The notes under the pieces: generated by a model
The model's database searches: none
Seen by the model: only the letters and a program-made list of their open reading frames with translations
What the model was told of the DNA's origin: nothing
Shown: positions 12,881-25,345 of the stretch, piece by piece
Layout of the letters: each line of letters begins with the position of its first letter
Position numbering within the stretch: the first letter of the stretch is position 1
Program-made: the position numbers and the translations under genes
From: Heterodontus francisci
Taxonomy: Eukaryota
DNA length: 64,000 nucleotides
Assembly: GCF_036365525.1 (NCBI RefSeq)
Contig: NC_090417.1
Location: 13,927,344-13,991,343, forward strand
Direction: 5' to 3'

Positions 12881-14524
12881 ATGTGTGCTGTAAATTTGAT
12901 GTCATTCTACTCAATACATGTGGATATGTCTTTCCCTTCTTTCTGGGAAGAGGGTATTAGTCACAATACAAACCCAGTCACTGACATTGCAACAATGAAA
13001 TAATATCTGGATTTTTTTTTTCATGGTTCCTGCTTGTTATCTTCATTGATCCACCAAAGCTCATAAATTCCTCATGAGTTGAAGGGCCAATAAGAACCTG
13101 ACGGTGATGTGTGAACTGAATATGCGAATGGAGGGGTAGGTTTAGATTGGGAAAAGGACCATTGGCACTCTCCCATCCCTCAGTTCAGCATTTCCAGATC
13201 TATCCCGGCTTTTCCTCACTTCTCTTCCTTTTACTGCTCAACATTGTCTTTTGGGCGTGAGGTAGTCTCTCAGGCACCCACGCCTCATCCGATTGGTCGT
13301 TCTTCAAGTCTAATGGGTGAACGTTGGCAGTCCTTTTCATCATGGCAGTCGTGACAATCGAGAAGCCATTTATGATGTGCCGACTGCCCTCTCAGCTAGG
13401 ATTGGAGGAAGTCTTTAAGGCTGAATATTCCCTGCTCCTGACTCCCCACAATCCTGAGGTGGATTCTGCTGTCTGGAGTGTTGAAACCATTGAATAGTAT
13501 AGATAGATCTGGAGAAACCATTTGCTCTGGTGGGGGAGTCCACAACAAGGAAACGGCATCTGCAAATTTAACCTTGACCATTTCAGAGCAAAATCAGGAA
13601 GCACTTTATAGCAATCATTCACAAGTCTCTTCCTGTAAAAGCTACAGATGGCGAGGGTCAATTTGAGTTGTCAAGATGGAGATTTTTGTTGGGTGAGGGT
13701 ATCGAGGTTTATGGAGCAAATGCAAATGAATGGAGCTGAGGTGCAGATCAGCCATGGTACAGTAGGCTTGAGGGGCCGAATGGCCTCCTCCCATTCCTGG
13801 TATTCTTTTTTACTATTTCCAGAATTATGCCAATCACAGCTTCTTCATTATACTCGAGTTACCACATTGAGCCTGATATATTCAGCAGTCTCTTCAGAAT
13901 TGCAGAGGGAAAGCTCAAACTTTGCGACTACAATGCATCACGCAGAGGACATCCTGGCCTATTGTGAAAGCCCTTGAGGGAACAGGGAAAGAATTCCTCA
14001 CCAAGCAAAGCTGAGCATGAGACCCAGGTTAGAATCGGGCTCTGGGCAAAATACCAGCCTCAAACTCCGACCTGACTGACGGGGAGTGTTTGTGAAGTTG
14101 TGGACATCAAACAGATAAAGTTCATGAAATAACTTCATTCCTTACGGGGTACGACGAGAAATGCTCTCAAAGTGCCCTGTTCCCTATCTTGACACTTTTT
14201 TTTGTGAAAGAGTTCTTCACCAGGAACCCTTTTAAGGAGGCAGTGTTTCCCATCAGGAACTATTTTAAAGAGGCACTTCCCCATGCAAAACCTTGATGGC
14301 AGGTAATGTTCCCAACAGGAATTCTTTTCGAGAGGAAATTCCAGACCAAGAAAGTCACCTGGTGTTGAATGCAGAAGGTAGGATGCAGGGTGAGGTTCAA
14401 TGGGGATTGTTGAGCTTTTCCTGTGGGAGCTTTGGGAGCAGGGAGGTGTTTTTGAAGAACCTTTCCTCGGGAGATGAGGTGAGTTTGATGGAGCTGGATG
14501 TACAATGGAGCATTGCAAAAAAAG

Positions 14525-14915
14525 AAAGATTTGCTTTTATATGGCACCTTTCGTGACTCAAGACGCCCCCAAAGCAAGGAAATACTTTTGAAGTGTCGTC
14601 ACTGTTGCAGGAAATGCAGGAGCCAATTTGCGCACAGCAAGATCCAACAAAGAGAGATGTGCGAAGGAGCAGATCATCTGTTTCAGCGACGTTGTTTGAG
14701 AGAGAAATATTGACCAGTGCACCGAGGAGAACTCCCCTGCTCTACCTCATCTTATACATCTACCTGACAGAGCTGATCAGACCTTGCTTTCACATCTCAT
14801 CCAAAAAGTAACAGCTCAGACAGTGCAGCACTCACTCAGTACTCAGCCTGGACTGTTCTGCTCAGTTCTCCTGGAGTGGGACTGGAAGTGGACCCCACAA
14901 CCTTCTGACTCTGAG
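14525..14915 (-). mobile_element. Deu-domain SINE
   Basis: gccaatttgcgcacagcaagatcc core plus tRNA head near 14890-14915. Confidence 0.7.
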
Positions 14916-15574
14916 TACCAGCTGACCCCGGGCTGATGGAAATGGACACACCTCGCTTAATCTGCATTATCTCAGCTTGGGCATCTTTGAAAATGGTCTT
15001 TGTTCCAGCATTTCGTACAAGTGGAAGCAACACGTGAGAATGACTGGCTGGAAAGTGCCACTCCTGTTGTTCAAGAGACTACAGTCAGGGTGCACTGAGA
15101 GAAAAGATCATGTTTTTTTGTTGCTGCCAAAGAAACTCTCCCAGTTCTTGTCAAGGCTATCGCCCAGCATTGCTGTAACTCGAAAAACTGTATGTTATGA
15201 TCTTTCTCATTGCAATTGTAATTTGTCAGAGCTGAGAACGTCATTGCTTTTGAACCTTGTGTACAGGACACTGGGGGCAGGGTGTACTGGTCGAGTAGCT
15301 CAGCCTTGCAATGCACTTTGTCTTGGAATGAGTGACTCACCACACTTTTTACCTTGTGCTTTCTCTGGGATAGGATCAGGGCAGCAGTCGGGAATAATAC
15401 ATCTCCCGGTAAATGGGGACTGTGGTTTGAATGTGTGTACCCTCTCCTGGCTGTTCTGGATTAAACTCTTTCCCCGGGCACATGATGTTACCCTAGGGAT
15501 GTCCCTCAGTCCCTGAGGGACTGTGGAGGTCATCACAAGAGTCCTTTGAGTCCTTTTGTAAACTTACATTTGGG

Positions 15575-15965
15575 CTCCAGGCATCACTGGAAAGACCAGC
15601 ATTTATTGCCCATCCCTAATTGCCCTTGAGGAGGTGGTGATGAGTTGCCTTCTTGAACCACTGCAGTCCATGTGGGGTAGGTACACCCACAGTGCTGTTA
15701 GGAAGGGAGTTCCAGGATTTTGACCCAGTGACAGTGAAGGAACGGGAATATAGTTCCAATGTCAGGATGGTGTGTGACTTGGAGGGGAACTTGCGGGTGG
15801 TGGTGTTCCCATGCATCTGCTGCCCTTGTCCTTCTAGGTGGTAGAGGTTGCGGGTTTGGAAGGTGCTGTCTAAGGAGCCATGGTGCATTGCTTCAGTGCA
15901 TCTTGTAGATGGTACACACTGCTGCCAATGTGCGTCAGTGGTGGAGGGAGTGAATGTTTAAGATG
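15575..15965 (-). mobile_element. Non-LTR retrotransposon 3' end (CR1/L2-group family distinct from the main CR1s)
   Basis: Translates KSWNSLPNSTVGVPTPHGLQWFKKATHHHLLKGN*. A second copy lies at 24688-24875. Confidence 0.75.
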
Positions 15966-16264
15966 CTGGAGTAGCTGCTGTTATGAAAGTGCCTGTGTGT
16001 TTTGTTAAATATATTTTTTTGAACCTTCATTTTTGAAAGATTGGAGAAATATTAAACTTTGGAGTTTTCAAAGGGGGTCATGTAAAGGTCCTTTAAGTCT
16101 AATGCTTTCTTGGGAGAAGATGAGGCTTCCTCAGAAGGAAGATAGTAATACCACACTGTCCTGTTTTCTCTAGACCTGCCTGTCCCAAAGCTCTCCTTAA
16201 CCAGCCTCCAAGATACACTCAACACAAACATGAGCATGTTCAAAACACTGCTTCACCAGGTTGA

Positions 16265-16540
16265 GTTCACCTCTCACCCCTGTCACCTACTTTCATTCCT
16301 TGTTTTCAAATCTCCTCCATGGCCTCTCCCCTCCCTATCTCTGTAATCTCCTCCAGCCTCACAACCCTCCCAGATATCTTCATTCCTCTAATTCTGGCCT
16401 CTTGTACATCCCTGATTTGAATCGGCCATCTGACCTGATATGTGGCTCTGCATCAAATTTAGTTTGATAATTGCTCCTGTAAAGTGGCTTGGGTTGTCTT
16501 ACCACGCTAAGGGCGCTAGACAAATGCAAGTTATTGTTGT
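16265..16540 (+). mobile_element. L2-type LINE 3' fragment
   Basis: LHGLSPPYLCNLLQPHNPPRYLHSSNSGLL matches the L2 ORF2 C-terminus. Same tail as 4675-5070. Confidence 0.75.
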
Positions 16541-17549
16541 TGAATGGTGGTCAAAATATGTCGTAAGCCAACACTCAGCTCCAAGAGTTCAAGCGACAAG
16601 TAATGGAAATCCCAAATGGATACAGAAATCCAATCGGTGACTGAGAGACACTGGGAATGTCTGGATAAAGCCTCCATGCTGAAGAATTCCCACCCAGCAC
16701 CCTGATCCATGTTTCTTTCTCACCCCCCTTCCCTCTTTCCGGCTGTAAACTGATCTGCTCTGTATTTCCAGCATTCTCCGTTTTGAATCCAGGCTTTTCC
16801 GGAGATCCCTCAGTCGGTTTGAAAAGTATCCAGGAGCTGTTGAATTGTGCCTGTGGCAATGTCTGTGTGTGCTGAGCTGCCTCCGAACGCGATCTTCCGT
16901 CGTTCTGCTTTCTTGTTGGGTGCATGGTGGGCTGCAGGGTGGGGAGTGGCAGAGTACCCCAAGGGTTGTGTGGAGGCTGGGGTGCAGAGTATGTCAAAGG
17001 TTGGAGGGATGGGCCGTATCGCAGTGGTTGGAGGTGGGGGGAAGAGTATGAGTGTATATCCTGAAAGAAGATACTCTCACTTTGCCGAAAGGAGCTGTTG
17101 GGGAGACTGAAGTCTTGAGATGGTACTCCAACACTGAGCTCCCTCCTACTGATAAAACCACCATCAGAGACTGCAGCTGGCCAGAAACATCTTTCTGAAC
17201 TGTCTTACTTTTCATATCTTTTCAATGGTCTTATGCATCTTCAATTGCTAATTTGGATTTCTGCAAAGCCTGAAATTGAAAGTGACTTATCTTCGGAATT
17301 AGATTCCAATGAAATCCCTGTCCACAAGTTCGGTGATGTCTGATAATTGTATGGAGGGCAGGAATTCTGCTTTTTCTCTCTCACTCTTCAGTTTGAAATT
17401 CTTTTCCAGCGCACCTTGTTGAAAGTGCAAACTGCTAACAGTGTGGTGAGGACCATAGACATCAAAGAGGACAAAGAGTCTGTCTCCGCAACCAATTGAA
17501 GGATAGATAAAGAAAGAGGGGAATGAGTGAAAAGGAAAAGGAACAGAAA

Positions 17550-17890
17550 GACTTTCATTTATATAGTGCCTTACATGATCCCAGCACGTCCCAAAGTGCT
17601 TCACAGCTAATAAACTGCTTTTGAAGTGCAGCGAGTGTAAAAGCAAACAGCAATGTCAAAATGACCAATAACGACCAGATAATCTGACATAGTGATGTTG
17701 AATGAAGGATAAAAATTGGCCTGGGCACTGTGCTTTTTTGAAATAGTGCTTTGGGATCTTTTCTATCCACCTGCGAGGGCAGCCATGGCCCCAGTTTCAG
17801 GTTTAATGTTTCACTCAAACGACAGCACCTCTGACAGTGCTGCACTCACTCAGCACGAGAGGGCCAGCCTCGATTTTTATGCTCAAGTAA
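17550..17890 (-). mobile_element. Deu-domain SINE, degraded
   Basis: Family tail and head sequences. Confidence 0.6.
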
Positions 17891-19154
17891 ATAGGGTGAA
17901 ACTGCGTCAGATCAAGTACATAAAGGGAAATATAAAGTGACATTATCGGAACACAAATCTCATTCTGAAAAGGCTCCTTGCACTGTTAAGTACCGGCCCT
18001 AACTTTCTGTGGTGAGTTTAATTGGCATTCATGGTACAAGTGCTATAATTTTTCGAAGCTCCCCTGGGCAGGTTGTGGACAAGCTGTCATTTTCACCAAC
18101 CGAGCGGCAGAGATTGTCAAGTGACTTACGGAGAATTGTAACCGCCTGAGGATATCTCTTCCTCCTCGCCACCTGTTCCTGCATGATTTGTGTATTGATA
18201 ATGGAGAGTGCCATCAAACCCGCTGTTACTGACCCAGCAGGTTTTGCACCAATTGTAGGATTGTCCAACCAATTGAATGGATCAGGTACTGGGGAAGGAG
18301 TTGCAAAGGGATCAATGGCCAGTGCAATTCAGGGGCTATTGTGTCTTGTACCCCAGTGAGTGTCAGGTCCAGGCACTTGATCCAAAGGGCTTAGAAATCC
18401 CCCAGAGAAAACTGCAGCGTATACTTTTCGAGCTGAATCAATCATAAGTAAGCATTTCACTTCCTGCCGGATATGTATTATCTCAAGGGCACACGGACTG
18501 CCTGTTCTTGCTTCCAGACAGTTTGTTTAAATGGCATGTATTTACAGTATGAATTTTTGTCAATCTCCCTGTGCCTGGTTTGGAGGCCAGGGCGAAGTCT
18601 TTTTTTTATTCCCAAGAAACTTGTCATTTATGAGGCCTGACTACCGGAAGGGAGGCCCCACTTGCTCGCATGAATTGCCAGTCCCTTGTGAAGTCTTGCA
18701 AGGCAGTTTGACTAATTCTCAGTACTGGGTCCAAATCATTTCCTGGTTTGACACTGCAGCAGCTGACCTTTGACCTCTGTTGGTGATGGTCTCTGACTCT
18801 ACCAGCTCCAGCCACCAAGACCAACGTCCACAGGAAGGCTTGTGGCAGATGGTCAGCACAGGCAGGTGGGGCCGAATGGCCTGTCTGTCCACTGCAGATT
18901 CAACTCGGACAACGTTTGTGTGCAGCCATTTGACAGTCTGGCGTTGAAATGAGGCCCCCGCATTGCGAGGCATGGGACTGTCAGCTGATCTCAATTCAGT
19001 GAGGATAACAAGGCAGCAGCAGAGAAACCTCAGGCTGGTAGGTTGACTTGGCCTGATTTTAACCCTTCCCCATTGTGTCCCATTCTCACTGGGCAGTTGG
19101 TGGGAGAGGGGGGTGTGGGTTAAAAATAGAGGCAGCTGTGCCTGTACACAGTGG

Positions 19155-20285
19155 ATTTGACAGATACCTGTGGCAGACTGGTCAGAAAAATAAAAGCCCA
19201 TTGGATACAGGGGAATGTGGCAGACTGGATCCAAAATCGGCTCAGTGACAGGAAACGAAGGGTAGTAGTCGATGAATGTTTTTCTGAATGGAATGCGGTT
19301 TCCAGTGGCGTTCCACAAGGCTCAGTGTTGGGTCCCTTGCTGTTTGTGATACATATTAATGATTTGGACTTAAATGTGGGAGGTATGATTGGGACATTTG
19401 CTGATGACACAAGAATTGGCCGTGTCGTTGATAGTGAAGAGGATAGCTGTAGACTCCAGAATGAGATCAACCGTTTGGTTGAGTGGGCGGAAAAGTAGCA
19501 AATGGAATTTAATCCGGAGAAGTGTGAGGTAATACATTTGGGGAGGGCAAATAAAGTGAGGGAATACACAATAAACAGGAGGATACTGAGAGGGGTAGAA
19601 GAAGTGAGAGACCTAGGAGTGCATGTCCACAGGTCCCTGAAGGTGACAGGACAGGTAGATAGAGTGATGAAGAAGACATATAGAATTCTTTCCTTTATTG
19701 GCTGAGGTATAGAATACAAAAGCAGGGATGTAATGCTGAAACTGTATAAAACACTGGTTCAGCCACAGCTTGAGTATTGTGTACAGTTCTGGTCACCACA
19801 TTACAGGAAGGACATAATTGCTCTGGAGAGAGTACAGAGGAGATTTACAAGAATGTTGCCAGGTCTTGAAAGTTGCAGCTATGATTGGATAGGCTAGGGT
19901 TGTTATCCTTGGAACAGAGGAGGCTGAGGGTGACTTAATTGAGGTGTACAAAATTATGAGGGGCCTAGATAAAGTAGACAGGAAGGACCTGTTTCCCCTC
20001 GCAGAGTGGACAATTACCAGGGGGCACAGATTGAAGGTGATTGGGTAGAAGGATTAGAGGGGACATGAGGAAAACCTTTTTCACCCAGAGGTTGTTGGGC
20101 GTCTGGAATTCACTGCCAGGAATGGTGGTGGAGGCAGAAACCCTCAACTCATTTAAAAAGTAACTGGACATGCACCTGAAGGCTTTGGACCAGGTGCTGG
20201 AAGGTGGGATTAGATTGAGTGGCTAGTTTCTTCACCTGGGGCAGATACGATGGGTTGAATGGCCTCCTTCTGTGCTGTAAATTTT
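19155..20285 (+). mobile_element. 5'-truncated CR1 LINE
   Basis: [19 protein letters not shown] and MEFNPEKC motifs plus a CR1 3' tail. Confidence 0.93.
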
Positions 20286-20949
20286 CAATGGTGCTGTGGT
20301 TCGAGGTGAAAACCTCACTGGAGAACACATGGGGACTATAAATGGAATCAACCTCACTGAACTCAAATAGAACTCCCTGAATGTAGACGCCAGCAGAGAT
20401 AGAGTGCAGTGAGGAGTTCTGATGAGGCCTGAAGAGTGGCAGATCAACTGATGAAATTTTTGTCACAGGAAGGCAGAGGCAACATTTCCTCCTCCACATC
20501 ACCAGTTTCTTCCCTGCTCAAACTCTTCACCTTCCCTCTGTCCATTCATCCCACTGCCTTACTGAGTTCACGCCAGCACTCGTGCTTACAAAGTCTGCCC
20601 TCCTTCCAACACCTGTCTGTTCATACTGCATTCCTTTTCTGCTACCTCCGATTTCATGCAGACACATGTCAGGCGCACCCTCGGTGAAGAACTCGAATTA
20701 AACTGCCCCTTTGCTGAGGGACAGATATATTCTCTACCACGATTGTCGCTGAATGTTAGAGATCCAGTTCCACACATTTTGAACAAGGTGGGATTGACCT
20801 TCTGTCTTTCCCGTGTCGGGGAGTCCATCTGGGCCATCAGTATATGATAGTCATGAATAAATGCAATGGGGCAGTCTGGAGAAACTTCCTGACCCACAGT
20901 GTGGTGACTATGTGGAACTCGCTACCACAGGGAATAGTTGAGGAAAATC

Positions 20950-21295
20950 AGGTACACAAGAAATAGGAGCAGGAGTAGACCATATGGCCCATCGAGCCTG
21001 CTCCTACCATTCAAAACCATCATGGCTGATCTTGGGCTTCAATTCCACTTTCCCGCCCACTCCCCATATCCCTTGCTTCCCCGAGAGACCAAAAAATCTA
21101 TCTATCCCAGCCTTAAATGTATTCCATGCTGGAGCATCCACAACCCTCTGGGGTAGAGAATTCCAAAGATTCACAAGCGAAGTAATTTCTCCTCATCTCA
21201 GTCCTGAATAATCGGCCTCTTGGGCCCCTGTTTCTTTGATTTCCCAACCAGTGGAAATAATCTCTGTGTCTCCCCTATCCAGCCCCTTTAGAATG
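20950..21295 (-). mobile_element. CR1 LINE 3' fragment
   Basis: aaataggagcaggagtagaccat tail and WNSLP-coding region. Confidence 0.8.
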
Positions 21296-21519
21296 GTAGA
21301 TTCTCTGACCCACCAGTCACTGTTGATGTGATCAAACTTCTTGATAGTTCTCCTGCATGGTGTGAAGAAAGGAACACAAAGAGCCAATGTGTGCAGATAC
21401 ACTGTGAATGGTTTATCTCAGCTGCTTTTAAGCTTTGCTTTATTTCCTCACTTAAGTCATCATTCTTTGCCCGAACCCAGTGAGTGTCGTAGCCTCCTGA
21501 AGACTTGATGGCTTAAATA

Positions 21520-21697
21520 TGCATCTGCACATGTGCACTCTCTCACACACACTTGCCTTTGTGCAGACATACACTCCCCCTGGCAAGCACACTTCCTCAC
21601 ACACTCTTTCTCATGTGTGTATGCACACTCTCTGTCTCTCACACACGCTGTCTCTCTCTCTCTCTCTTTCTCCCTCTCTCTCTCTCTCTCTCTCACA
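21520..21697. repeat. Degenerate (CA)n/(CT)n microsatellite
   Basis: Directly visible. Confidence 0.9.
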
Positions 21698-21864
21698 TTT
21701 CTAATTGAAATGCTAAATAAGATTTGAGAATATAACCACTGTTATATATGTTTATTTTCATAGTGATGTCACATGGAGGAGGCAAAGCTCCCATTCTCCC
21801 ATGCTACTTTTATCGACCATAAAGCCAATGATTGTACATTGGAAAAGAAATGGTTCTTGTATTT

Positions 21865-24800
21865 TTATTTCCCAACACCTCCCTGGGCATGACAACTCAC
21901 AGAAGGATCATTCCTCTTGTGGATGTTGAACCGACAATTCTGACGGTCAAAAACTGCCACACAATCCTCTGGGTACATTTTTGGGGTGGTGTACCTGGAA
22001 AATCAAAGAGAAACAATGCAGAGCATGAAGAAGATCTGTCAGAAAGTGTTAAACGTGCTTTATCCTAGTTTTCATCTGCACTATCCATTCATCTCTTCAC
22101 CTACACTGTCCCTTCATTTCCATTAACATCATCCCTTCATCTCTTCATCAACCCCATCGCTTCATTTTCTCTTAAACACTGTCTCCTGCTGTGTTTCAGT
22201 GGGACTTCAGGCTTCTTCCCACTCCTCACACCCACTCTCCCATCCCAAACATTTCACCTGCAGAGAGTGCTGTGAACTGTTGACCAGTCGGCCAGTGCCT
22301 CGAATCCCAACCTCACCTCTTCCCAATTGTGAAACCATTGTGTACTGAGAGACAGTAAATCAATGCACCAATGTCAAGCTTATTGACCATCAGAAGAGAC
22401 TAGATAGCAAAATGCAAACCTTGCACTGGCTCAGTGTTTGTGCTCTGAAGAGCTTTGACCCTGTGCAAACTCTTTCAGTTGATTGGTTAGGAGTGTGGGT
22501 GTCACTCAAGTACTGGATCAATTTGTTCCTCTCCTGGTCCCGGCTTGATTTTGCAACCAGTTCAGCACAAATTAGACAGATCAAATTCTGCTGATCCAAC
22601 TTGACATTTTGTCTTCTGACCCACTCTCCCATCCCCCTTACCGCCCACTGCCCTCCCCCCTCGCCACCCCCGCCTCCGTCCCCAACCCTGTCCATTTTAT
22701 CGATCTTGCATCATCCAGGTTGCTTGTGTGATGTGTCAGGCTGTGACCTGTCTGGAGAAGACCAGAGGAAAGCAGCAATTGTGCCGTGTTTGCCAATCTG
22801 CAGACTGGCCTTGAGCTGACGCTTTATACCAAATCCACTTGGTGATTCAATAAGTAGCAGTCAAGGGTAAATGCAGCACTGCATCAGGGTTACGTCTGCC
22901 CGAAGCAACAGAGAGCCACTTACGTTGCACAACACCTTGCAAAACCAGGCAAGCACCTACATCTTATACAGTCAGAGTTTGTCCAGCTTTCCCCATTCTC
23001 ATGCCAGGTCCCATCAACGTGATCTCTGCATCTGTCGGAATCTGTTGGTGAGAAAGATAGAGATTCATCTGACAATGTCTCTTCAAAGAGTGAAAGGGTA
23101 CCATGGGGTAGCATTGATCTTGTGGGGCTCTCAGCAACTGGTCTGGGTCACTCGATTGTTTTAATTCCCGCCCTAGCACTGACCTGTTTGGAACTGGAAA
23201 AACGCCGGGTCTGTTCCCGAGCCAGTTGACCGGGCCTGGGTGTTGGGTGACCTTTGACCTGGGGTTTGCCTTGGCTGCCACAGGTCAGGATCCGGCTTGC
23301 CACCAGCTGGGATGTAATTTTAGGCAGTCTGCTGGAGGAGTGTCACCGTGGTAACCGCAGTTTGTAGGCCGGACTCTCATTTGCACCCAGCTGGACCAGC
23401 TCTGATGTAACTTGCCGGTTTGTGAAGCCAGGAAGTGGGCCCCACTCCTCCTTGCACCCTCGCTGGATAGGGAAGGGGAAGGCGATCCCTGAGGGAAGGC
23501 CTCATGTGGGCTAGGAGGATCACTCAGTTCCATCCATACTGGCAACATTCATTGGTTAAAACAGCTCTGGTATGATACACCCGGCCCCAGTCCTTAGTTT
23601 CACCACCAGGTCTTCAAGCAGAGTTTGGAACGATTCACTACGTACCACTCTCTGAGCCAGTCGTATAGCAGGCTGATTCTCCATCTTCAATAGCCAGGAA
23701 CAGCAGAGTGACACACACAAAGAATTTCTGTTGGGAGAAGGAAAGACCATCTTGAGGAATACAGTCATGTCACTTAGTTTACACTAATTCCCGGTCGGAT
23801 GCAAGTTCTTCACTCAGAGTGTTGTGAATATGGAAGAGACGCTTGGATGGGGACAGTTCGAGAGGATCAAGGTATAAGCTGAGAAGTGGTTTGGTCAGGG
23901 TGGTCTGTTTATAAAAGGGAGAGAAATGTTGAACCCAGTTACTTTCACCTGATGCAACACACCATCTGCTTGGGGATTAGCAAGGTAACATCTCTGTTCA
24001 TAACTCAACAGAATCGCAGCCGGGAGTTGACATATATTTTGAGGACAGAAGCATTCCGGGTGGGGTTCCCAATTCTCCAGCATTGTCCTGAAATCTATAG
24101 GAATGAATCTTCATGGCACGGCACTGCACTGCACGTGAGAAACATACAAATCAGGAGCAGGAATAGGCCTTTCTGCTCCTCGAGTCTCCTCTGCCATTCA
24201 ATAAGATCACAGCTGATCTGATTGTAACCTCATCTCCACATTCTCGCCTGCCCCTATTAACTTTTCACCCCCTTGCTTATCACGAATCTGCCTTAAATAT
24301 ATTTAAAGACTCTGCTTCCACTGACATTTGAGGAAGAGAATTCCAAAGACTCTCAACCATCTGAAGGAAAAGATTTCTCTTCGTCTCCTTCTTCAATGGG
24401 CGACCCCTTATTTTTAAGCATTGACCTCCAGTTCTAGATTCTCCCTCAAGAGGAAACATCCTTTCCACATCCACCCTGTTGAGACCCCTCAGGATCTTAT
24501 ATGTTTCAATCAAGCCGCCTCTTACTCTTCTAAACTCCAGCGGATACAAGCCTAGCTTTCCAACTTTTCCTCACAAGACAACCTGCCCATTCCAGGTATC
24601 AGTCTAGTAAACCTTCTCTGAACTGCTTCCAACACATTTACATCCTTCCTTAAATACAGTACACAGTGCTCCAGATGTGGTCTCACCACTGCCTTCTTGA
24701 ACCACGACAGTCCATGTGGGGTAGGTACACCCACAGTGCTGTTAGGAAGGGAGATCCAGGATTTTGACCCAGTGACAGTGAAGGAACGGTGATCAGTTCC

Positions 24801-25261
24801 AAGTCAGGATGGTGTGTGACTTGGAGGGGAACCTGCAGGTGGTGGTGTTCCCATGCATCCGCTGCCCTTGTTCTTCGGGGTCTCGGAGCTGCTGCTGAAT
24901 GTTACAAGCATGACGGGTTAATTAGTGCTGATCTTTAGCTGGCTCAGGATCTGGGGCACTGCTGTCTCCTGCTCTCCTGTTTCTGAGGATCTGGGGAAGG
25001 GGCTGCCCATTCTACACCACCCATTTACAGGGTCAAGCCTGTGAAAACTACAGAGACACTCATGGAACTGTTGTGTATTCCAGCTTTGCTCTTGTTGCTG
25101 AACCAGTGACATCCAGAGTGAGCAAGTTGACCCAAATAATACATTATCAGTGCAACAGAATGGCCTGCAACAAAACCAAGCATTCATGCAGTTAACTTCA
25201 CCAAGACGAAATAATCTTTCACAAGTACAAATAGGATCTTACTGAGACTCAAACCTACCAT
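21865..25261 (-). CDS. MSMB: Beta-microseminoprotein-like protein, paralog B (110 aa); complement(join(21865..21994,22924..23041,23646..23727,25259..25261))
   Basis: An ATG|gtaggt micro-exon and exons of 82, 118 and 130 nt with canonical splice sites give MKFFVCVTLLFLAIEDGES-ACYTTGSESDSDRCRDHVDGTWHENGESWTNSDCIRCRCLPGFARCCATYTTPKMYPEDCVAVFDRQNCRFNIHKRNDPSVSCHAQGGVGK*. All 10 PSP94 cysteines are present, and the exon/phase layout matches MSMB (ATG-only first coding exon). AATAAA lies at 21751-21756 (-). The symbol denotes family, not proven orthology. Confidence 0.93.
24140..24875 (-). mobile_element. CR1 3' fragment (24140-24688) joined to a second LINE family fragment (24688-24875), in intron 1 of paralog B
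   Basis: VRPHLEHCV...SLWNSLP. The right part is nearly identical to 15645-15835. Confidence 0.85.
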
Positions 25262-25329
25262 CTTTACCCCAGTGACATCCAGGTTATCCACGCACAGAGA
25301 GAGCACCTTCTGTCCTGTGTCCTGTGGCA

Positions 25330-25345
25330 TCGATTTTTATTCGTC
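25330..25345 (-). promoter_or_regulatory. Putative TATA-like element of paralog B
   Basis: cgAATAAAAAt lies ~75 nt upstream of the ATG. A similar cgAATAATAc sits ~60 nt upstream of the paralog C ATG (36539-36549). Confidence 0.4.

Noticed and set aside
13392-13661. Possible fourth MSMB-like exon (NDCYKVL...PCCG)
   Set aside because: Cysteine spacing does not fit, and no companion exons were found between paralogs A and B.
17392-17499. Plus-strand terminal exon candidate FEILFQRTLLKVQTANSVVRTIDIKEDKESVSATN*
   Set aside because: Good acceptor, but no recognisable homology or linkable upstream exons.
23895-24083. Possible MSMB exon 2 (QRCYLANP)
   Set aside because: No proper signal peptide or donor phase. 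The true exon is 23646-23727.
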